Source of the DNA: a phage
Assembly (NCBI GenBank): GCA_011939005.1
Contig: GCA_011939005.1_4858.1
DNA: 64,000 bases
Direction: 5' to 3' (one strand)
Shown: positions 57,993 through 64,000 of the stretch, one piece after another
Layout: each line of letters opens with the position of its first letter
Position numbering within the stretch: the stretch's first letter is position 1
Notes under the pieces: generated by a model
What the model saw: the letters and a program-made list of their open reading frames with translations, nothing else
What the model was told of the DNA's origin: nothing
Database searches by the model: none
Translations under genes and position numbers: made by a program

Positions 57993-58269
57993 ACGCGGTA
58001 CCTTTTTCATTGGTTGTGTTAGCAACGCACCACATCCACTGTTTAGTTTCTTTGTCTTGCCAAGAAAACAAGATAGAACCCTCGCGGATTTCAGACGCAT
58101 CAACTTCGGGATGGAATAACATGAATTCGTTTTCATCGTTGTCCACCACGACATACTGCCCTTCCTCCATACGGTCGAAGTTAGCGACACCAACGGTAAT
58201 CGGTTCCGCATCGACAGAAAGGGTCACTTCACGTTTTGGCAGGTCACGATGAATAGCACTTAACCACAT
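57952..58269 (-). CDS. hypothetical acidic protein (105 aa)
   Basis: ORF; overlaps downstream gene start region. Confidence 0.4.
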   Translation of the reverse strand: MWLSAIHRDLPKREVTLSVDAEPITVGVANFDRMEEGQYVVVDNDENEFMLFHPEVDASEIREGSILFSWQDKETKQWMWCVANTTNEKGTAYAPGQLHVEPKPH

Positions 58270-58330
58270 TCTCTTAATTCCTCTTTACGTGGGTTGTTTC
58301 ACATAAGTTAGTGGACTGATGTAAATAAAA

Positions 58331-58362
58331 GGGACCTCCTTACCCGTGGGCAAGGAGGTAGA
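58331..58362 (-). terminator. rho-independent terminator
   Basis: Stem CCTCCTT / AAGGAGG with about 10-nt loop, T-run on minus strand. Confidence 0.5.
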
Positions 58363-58364
58363 CC

Positions 58365-58859
58365 TTACAGTTGGTTTTCTTCGCGGTCGTCTGTCAGTAC
58401 GGCTGCGCAGATAAAGCGTGCGAGTTTCAATTTCGCAGCAGCCGTCTGTTCTGCAGATGGGTTTGGGTCAACCGGTGCAGCCAAATCGACATCTGCCAGC
58501 TCTTCCGCGTATTTCTCAGCAGCTTCATCGAAGCCTGCACGGATACCTGCCAGAAGGTCTTGTACCTCATCGCTTGGCACAGGACCATCGATAAGAATCT
58601 TCTGAGCGTCAGACGGTTCCACATCAGCAAAGTTCATTTCGTTTAACATGCCAATGCGTTCTGCGTTAGAGGTGATGAGTTGTGCCAACAGTTTTTCAAA
58701 ACGGTTGATATACTCATCGTCCAACGGTTGACCGGTCAGTAGCTCGTAGTAGCGGGCCATAAGTGTGTTCGCGTCGGCCCCTTCCTCATGACGCACGCCT
58801 AAATCAAAATCGTGCTGAGGGAGCTGACCTAATTCGATCATATCCATAGTTAACCTCAA
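58365..58859 (-). CDS. hypothetical acidic protein (164 aa)
   Basis: ORF in operon. Confidence 0.45.
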   Translation of the reverse strand: MRLTMDMIELGQLPQHDFDLGVRHEEGADANTLMARYYELLTGQPLDDEYINRFEKLLAQLITSNAERIGMLNEMNFADVEPSDAQKILIDGPVPSDEVQDLLAGIRAGFDEAAEKYAEELADVDLAAPVDPNPSAEQTAAAKLKLARFICAAVLTDDREENQL

Positions 58860-58887
58860 CGGTATTTAAGGGTCATACAATGGCGAA

Positions 58888-59178
58888 TTACGCCGTTACC
58901 GGAACAGGGGTGATTAACAGCTCCCCTTCCACCTCACGTAACTGATAACCGTACATAACGTTGTAGGATTTAATGCCGTCGCGTTGTTTGGCTTTCGCGA
59001 CGAGTTTTTCCAACACGCGACTATGTGCACGAGTCATCTCCTCTTTCGGATAAACAACTTGGAGCACGTGCTGTTCGTCAATAACGGCACGGAACTGCAT
59101 TACATCACCGTCTTCAACGTTGTAAACGACTTCTTTAGACTTCGACACTGTACGATTAATTTGCATTATTTTCTCCAT
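58888..59178 (-). CDS. hypothetical protein (96 aa)
   Basis: ORF in operon. Confidence 0.4.
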   Translation of the reverse strand: MEKIMQINRTVSKSKEVVYNVEDGDVMQFRAVIDEQHVLQVVYPKEEMTRAHSRVLEKLVAKAKQRDGIKSYNVMYGYQLREVEGELLITPVPVTA

Positions 59179-59968
59179 TAGTAGTTTTCAGGGCACGTCC
59201 GTAGATATAACTTTCAGGTAGCCAACCGTTTTCTAATAACCACATTGCGGCAGGCCCCCCAGTATATTGGTGATAAGTGTAAATCAGTTCATCCCCCACC
59301 GGTAATTCAGACTGGATACAGTGCATCAACAGCCCGAACTCCTCCCGAGTTAGAGTAACCACCCCTTCTGCGGTAAACCACCCACCAATAACCCAGCGTT
59401 GTCCACGATGTGTGAGCACTGTCAGTTTGTAACTATCGCTGTTCCGCCACGACATCATCCTCCCGCCCGTAACGAGCGTTGAGTAGATAGAGCTTGTACC
59501 GTAAAGCATCCTAACCCAATCCAAGAACGCTTTCTTACTATCGAACAACGAACTGACATCCCCACAGAAATCCTCATCGTGGCTAGGCACCGATGAATTA
59601 ATTTTGCGATAGTTTATCGTTTCGCAACAAAAGCCCATGCGTGCATATTCGTCCCCTTCAGAACGAGTAAAATGCATCGCGTAGTTACGCCCAGCTGCAC
59701 GAAGTAAGGAATCCGCAAGCGAGGTTAACTGGGCGTCTAAAGCACGAACCATATTGATAACTTCTAACATGTATCCGTGGTCCAGACAGAGCACGATCGC
59801 ATCAGGCGCAACCGTGTCCCGACTGAATACTTCAAAGATTCGGTAGTAAAGACGACGTTCATCTTGTAACGTGGAAGGATCGATATCATTTAACAACGAT
59901 AACGCTTTACGGTCTTCCAACCACGTTCGGTCCAGAATCCTCTCCGTGCGTTCGATAACTCTCAGCAT
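59156..59968 (-). CDS. hypothetical protein (270 aa)
   Basis: ORF in operon. Confidence 0.45.
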   Translation of the reverse strand: MLRVIERTERILDRTWLEDRKALSLLNDIDPSTLQDERRLYYRIFEVFSRDTVAPDAIVLCLDHGYMLEVINMVRALDAQLTSLADSLLRAAGRNYAMHFTRSEGDEYARMGFCCETINYRKINSSVPSHDEDFCGDVSSLFDSKKAFLDWVRMLYGTSSIYSTLVTGGRMMSWRNSDSYKLTVLTHRGQRWVIGGWFTAEGVVTLTREEFGLLMHCIQSELPVGDELIYTYHQYTGGPAAMWLLENGWLPESYIYGRALKTTNGENNAN

Positions 59969-59977
59969 ATTCTCTCC

Positions 59978-60781
59978 TTACGCAAGGGTGTAATGATGCG
60001 TGATTACACGATACTCTAACCCTTCGATAGAAGGAAACTCGTGCTCTATCGCAACACCCATGTTGACCTTCTTACCTTTCTGTCCCGCCAAATGCAAAAT
60101 GGCGTGGTAGTGTTTTAGAAACTCTACCGAGTAGGCAATCGGGTCAAAACTTTGGCAGCAGAATTGCTCAGTAATGATGCTCTTCGGGAACTCCTTATAG
60201 AGCATTAATGAAAACGGTTTCTGGCCGTGTAACCCTACAAACGCGGAAACAAAACCATTTGCTAACTCGCCCAACATCTCTCGCGTTCCTGCGTCTTTTA
60301 GCGTAGGTCGCATCAGATAGCAAACATCTTGGGTTTGTTCTAATGACAATGTCTCCAACGGGACAACCGATGGGTCTGACGTAAAACCGTATTTCGGACT
60401 GACAGTAATCTCCACACGTTTCGTTACAGCTTCGAACCCCAGACGCTGGTATAATGCTGCGTGTTCGGTGTCGTGCGGGAAACAGGTAATATCAAGCATC
60501 TGCACTTCCAGGAGTCGCGTTAAACGCTTCCACTCGTGGAACAGGGGCTCGGAAAGCACGTGCAACTCGTAGATGTAGTAAACAATACCTGAACGACATC
60601 CACGAAAATACATTTGCGCACGACCGCTATTGCTCAACACTAACCAATGATCGTCTTCTTGGTCTGCGACGGGTCGCAAATCTTGAATCCGTTCGCGGAG
60701 TTGCCCCAAGGTGGTCAATCGACCACTAAACTCTACGGTCAGGTCGTTTTTGTCCATACCGTATAGATTAAATAGTTGCAT
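59978..60781 (-). CDS. hypothetical protein (267 aa), possible acetyltransferase-like fold
   Basis: Segment HAALYQRLGFEAV resembles GNAT motif B; weak. Confidence 0.4.
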   Translation of the reverse strand: MQLFNLYGMDKNDLTVEFSGRLTTLGQLRERIQDLRPVADQEDDHWLVLSNSGRAQMYFRGCRSGIVYYIYELHVLSEPLFHEWKRLTRLLEVQMLDITCFPHDTEHAALYQRLGFEAVTKRVEITVSPKYGFTSDPSVVPLETLSLEQTQDVCYLMRPTLKDAGTREMLGELANGFVSAFVGLHGQKPFSLMLYKEFPKSIITEQFCCQSFDPIAYSVEFLKHYHAILHLAGQKGKKVNMGVAIEHEFPSIEGLEYRVITHHYTLA

Positions 60782-60790
60782 GTTGGTACC

Positions 60791-61609
60791 TTATAGGGTG
60801 CCGATTAGCTCTGTCACCGCTTTACGCTTATTCGCATCCGCAGACATATATCGACCTACCTGAACTTCGCGCCAAGTAAAGCCGTAGTAGATGTCACGTG
60901 TGAGTAACGTATCTGCGTTTGACAGAACGACCTTATTGCCATCGGCAGCTTGTTGTTTTAAAAGTTTCGCTAACTCGCGGTGGTCAGCTTGTGAAAATTC
61001 TTTGCTGTGATACTGCGCGTGTTTAGCCGTATCCGAAAGTGGGATGTAAGGCGGGTCAGCGTATATCACAGCGTTAGATGGGCATTTATTTAGGATATCG
61101 CGGAAGTCCGCGCAGAGCAGCTCGACGTTGGTTTCCGAACAACGTTTTGCCCACGCCAGAATTTCCTCTTCAGGGAAATAGACACCGTTCGGGTGTTGAC
61201 CATAAGGCACGTTAAACCCACCCGACTGATTGTATCTGCACAAACCATTGTAACCATGACGTGTAAGATACAGGAACATCGCGGCGCGCTGGAGATTAGG
61301 TTTCCCCGTGGTTGCTTCGCTGTTAAATTCCTCGCGTCGTTTCATGTACAGACCGCGGTCCGTCCCATTTGCAAAGAGTGCCTTTGCTTCCAGAATCAGC
61401 GCTTCCGGACGATCGCGCGCCATGGTCAGTAACTCGATTAAGTCTGGGTTCGTGTCGCCGAGAATATAGTTCGGGTATTTAGTGTTTAAAAACACTGACC
61501 CTGCACCCACAAACGGTTCAACGAAATACTCAGCATCTGGAAGCACCTGTAGCAGCTCGGGAAGTACGCGACTCTTACCACCCATCCATTTTAAAATTGG
61601 TCTTATCAC
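60791..61609 (-). CDS. dam: DNA adenine methyltransferase (Dam-like, N6-adenine, D12 class)
   Basis: N-terminus LKWMGGK...VEPFVGAGSVFLNT and catalytic DPPY (IYADPPYIPLS), colinear with E. coli Dam. Confidence 0.85.
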   Translation of the reverse strand: MIRPILKWMGGKSRVLPELLQVLPDAEYFVEPFVGAGSVFLNTKYPNYILGDTNPDLIELLTMARDRPEALILEAKALFANGTDRGLYMKRREEFNSEATTGKPNLQRAAMFLYLTRHGYNGLCRYNQSGGFNVPYGQHPNGVYFPEEEILAWAKRCSETNVELLCADFRDILNKCPSNAVIYADPPYIPLSDTAKHAQYHSKEFSQADHRELAKLLKQQAADGNKVVLSNADTLLTRDIYYGFTWREVQVGRYMSADANKRKAVTELIGTL

Positions 61610-61615
61610 CCGTTA

Positions 61616-62614
61616 TCATCCTCTCATGCCAGATTGAAACATATCACTAATAGTCAGCCTGGTTGTAGTCTCCACCGGAAAGCTAGGTTCTTCATTCAGC
61701 ACTCGATCGGCGCGGTTTCCATTCACCCGTTTCCAGCTAATAAGTTCAGGATCGCGTTTCAACGTTAGTGTACGCAGTACCTGCTTGCAACGTAAGATGT
61801 TGCCATACAGGTGATTTGCTGGATTATTATCAGCAGCTGTTTCAATATAGACTTGGTCGGAATGACGTTGTGCGAAATCGAATAGCGCGCCCATTAGCCG
61901 GCGGCCAATGCCACGTTTACGGTGCGTGGGTGCAACGGTTAAACCAGAAAGTTCAACGACGCCTGGTGTAACCAAGCGCATCTGGGCAATACCGACGATA
62001 TCATGACCGTCTCGCCAAATTGCAGTCTCCACATTAGCGTGCTGAATTCTTGCTATTACTGTTTCTGCTAACGGACCAATGTGCGTATAATAGCCACGCA
62101 CATCGTATTCTAGCTCTTCGCAAATTGCACCGCTAATCAAATTCAGGATAACGTCTTTATCTTCCTTGGTAAGTTCTGCGTATGCATCACCAGAAATAAT
62201 CTTGATTTCCGATGCGGTGATTACTTTGTCAAACAGTTTAGAATGACATGCCCAAACGATATCTGAAAGAACAAACCCTTTTTCGACCAGTTTTTGTTCA
62301 ACATCGTCAGTAGGTGCTGGGCACGACATATATTCGAATCCTGTGTGGTCGAGCACAAGGGCCAAACCAACTTTATCGAACGCCCCAGGTACAAACTCCT
62401 CAAAATAGTGACAGGTTAGTGTAGGGTCACCGTGTCGATAGGTGGCCACTAAATAACCCTCCCAGGTTTCTTTATTCTTCACCACGTAAACAGAATAAGT
62501 CTCGTCCTTTAGAAACTCTTTTAGGCGGCGTGCTCGTACAGTATCGGTACCGACGTTATTTCGGAACTCGGCAGTGCGGATGCTGGTGCGAAACAATTTA
62601 GCCACAGTTTTCAT
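61616..62614 (-). CDS. GNAT-family N-acetyltransferase domain protein (about 332 aa)
   Basis: Internal ATG with GAGGG RBS; C-terminal acetyl-CoA binding motif R-K-R-G-I-G-R-R-L (R..G.G/A). Confidence 0.6.
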   Translation of the reverse strand: MKTVAKLFRTSIRTAEFRNNVGTDTVRARRLKEFLKDETYSVYVVKNKETWEGYLVATYRHGDPTLTCHYFEEFVPGAFDKVGLALVLDHTGFEYMSCPAPTDDVEQKLVEKGFVLSDIVWACHSKLFDKVITASEIKIISGDAYAELTKEDKDVILNLISGAICEELEYDVRGYYTHIGPLAETVIARIQHANVETAIWRDGHDIVGIAQMRLVTPGVVELSGLTVAPTHRKRGIGRRLMGALFDFAQRHSDQVYIETAADNNPANHLYGNILRCKQVLRTLTLKRDPELISWKRVNGNRADRVLNEEPSFPVETTTRLTISDMFQSGMRG

Positions 62615-62667
62615 TGTAATGCCCTCAAAAGGTATTGCTGTCACAACATGAGGATAATGCGTAAAAA

Positions 62668-62702
62668 GACAAAAAATTAAGGGGTCCGAAGACCCCTTAA
62701 TG
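62668..62702 (-). terminator. rho-independent terminator (UUCG loop)
   Basis: Stem AAGGGGTC / GACCCCTT around TTCG followed by T-run on minus strand. Confidence 0.65.
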
Positions 62703-62703
62703 A

Positions 62704-63360
62704 TCACAGTTCAGGTTTGGAGACAAGCGCCGTCCAAGTTTCAGAATGTTTGACACTGACGTGCGCCAAGCGATTCACCATGAACGCAAATTTGTCCATA
62801 TGCTTCTGCACTTCGTTATCAGTCAGATTGCCAGCGATAACTTTACCGTCTTTGGTCAGCACGATATAGCCGTGGTTGTTGTCTACCGTAGTGAACGCCA
62901 CATCAATCGTAACCGGGTAAAGTTTCACCAGCGTCGGCAGAATGTGGCCAACACGATCGGCCATACCCGCAAGCTGGCCACAAAGGTCGGCTTTATCCTG
63001 CATGAACAAACGCAACATCGCTACTGCAAACACCGGATAGATGTTTTCGATTTGCGTGTCGTAACGAGACAGACCGATAACTTCATCACCGCGGGTTAGC
63101 ACCATGTTGTTCAGATGCGCGCCTTTATAGATGGTAAAGCGTACGTCGCTACCAAGGTTAACCGCAACGATTTCCTGACCAAGGTCAATCGGATATTCGC
63201 GCTCGATGTGAATTGTTTTCAGACGTTCACTGATTGGTACAATTACATCCGGTTTAGGAATGGTAGGTGAGCGTGGAGATTCGGTAGTACGCGTTTTTGT
63301 GGATTTAACCGCGCTGCTTGCCATTGAATCTTTTGCTACAGTTTTAGGGGCCTTCGCCAT
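62704..63360 (-). CDS. hypothetical protein (218 aa)
   Basis: ORF with terminator downstream. Confidence 0.5.
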   Translation of the reverse strand: MAKAPKTVAKDSMASSAVKSTKTRTTESPRSPTIPKPDVIVPISERLKTIHIEREYPIDLGQEIVAVNLGSDVRFTIYKGAHLNNMVLTRGDEVIGLSRYDTQIENIYPVFAVAMLRLFMQDKADLCGQLAGMADRVGHILPTLVKLYPVTIDVAFTTVDNNHGYIVLTKDGKVIAGNLTDNEVQKHMDKFAFMVNRLAHVSVKHSETWTALVSKPEL

Positions 63361-63386
63361 GGTATACTCCTTAAGGTTTACACTAG

Positions 63387-63773
63387 TTAATCCCAGAAAG
63401 CTGCTTCTGGAAAGTCGTGTTCAAATGCCCGACGGTCATTCTCTACACGGTTTAAATGTGTCGGTAAAGACACGCAGTTATTACAGATACAAAGTTCTTT
63501 ATCCCCTTGACTGGGGTCAAAGTCGTACCATTTCCACTCAACGGTATCCCGTTTCGGGAAGGTACCTTTGCAGTCGTCGCAGACCACTTCTTCAGCTGCA
63601 ATTTCAGCCTGCAGCTTTTCCCAGCAGTTCTCGCACATGTAATACGTTTCGCGGCCCCATGGGTCGCACTCTGCCGTATAACGTGGAGCTATAGAGCCCA
63701 CTTTAAGATGTTTACATCGATCATCCTCTTCCGTCATTACACGACGGGTGATACCATTTACAAACCAATTCAT
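63387..63773 (-). CDS. Cys-rich zinc-finger-like protein (128 aa)
   Basis: Multiple C-x2-C pairs (CENC, CDDC, CNNC) spaced as in zinc ribbon/treble-clef folds. Confidence 0.45.
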   Translation of the reverse strand: MNWFVNGITRRVMTEEDDRCKHLKVGSIAPRYTAECDPWGRETYYMCENCWEKLQAEIAAEEVVCDDCKGTFPKRDTVEWKWYDFDPSQGDKELCICNNCVSLPTHLNRVENDRRAFEHDFPEAAFWD

Positions 63774-63784
63774 ACGTTTGCTCC

Positions 63785-63979
63785 CTACATCACTGCAGAA
63801 GGTTTACGTGCCATGACTTTAAGTCCCGTATCTCGTACCCGGATAGGACAGTTATTCATGTAGTCGATGCAGGATTCAATTTTGAAGCTATGGCGGCATT
63901 TGCCGTTGATGGAACGGTAAACGATTTCGTAATTCAGGCGCAGTGTATCAGCAACCCGCATCAATGTTTCGATAGTCAC
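63785..63979 (-). CDS. small hypothetical protein (64 aa)
   Basis: ORF; upstream region extends toward window end. Confidence 0.35.
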   Translation of the reverse strand: MTIETLMRVADTLRLNYEIVYRSINGKCRHSFKIESCIDYMNNCPIRVRDTGLKVMARKPSAVM

Positions 63980-64000
63980 GGCCTTCTCACGTTCATTTTT

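Noticed and set aside
1-64000. Prophage or mobile-element boundaries, integrase, transposase, tRNA or rRNA genes
   Set aside because: No recombinase-like ORF, att-like flanking repeats or tRNA-like structures noticed; gene density, terminator usage and content look like a continuous virulent-phage segment. A tRNA scan was done by eye only.

Overview
This window reads as a contiguous piece of a large virulent dsDNA phage genome (myovirus-like, enterobacterial-type sequence); I see no integrase, tRNA, rRNA or CRISPR. It contains five blocks. (1) 273-17399, plus strand: four large tail-fiber genes that share an N-terminal module and carry phage-fibre-type repeats. (2) 17465-22838, plus strand: the most unusual feature, an operon of three paralogous small proteins with extreme Cys/Ser/Gly tetrad-repeat C-termini followed by two translationally coupled radical-SAM enzymes (one with a SPASM-like C-terminus) and three unknowns, which I read as a phage-encoded RiPP-like peptide-modification cluster. 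(3) 26349-43059, minus strand: an uninterrupted array of 15 paralogous modular fiber-like genes built from two N-terminal module types and shuffled C-terminal modules. (4) 24189-26297, minus strand: a lysis module with a GH108-type endolysin, a DUF1353 protein and an M15-like peptidase. (5) 43237-63979, minus strand: a dense early-type region of small genes including an orphan HslU-like AAA+ ATPase, a Dam-like methyltransferase, a GNAT acetyltransferase, and DUF488 and PP-loop-like proteins. Operons are punctuated by a family of related tetraloop hairpin terminators and a recurrent promoter-like motif. All calls are from reading the sequence and motif recognition; no database search was run. 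Coordinates of features I derived by eye (hairpins, motifs, small ORFs) may be off by a nucleotide or two.
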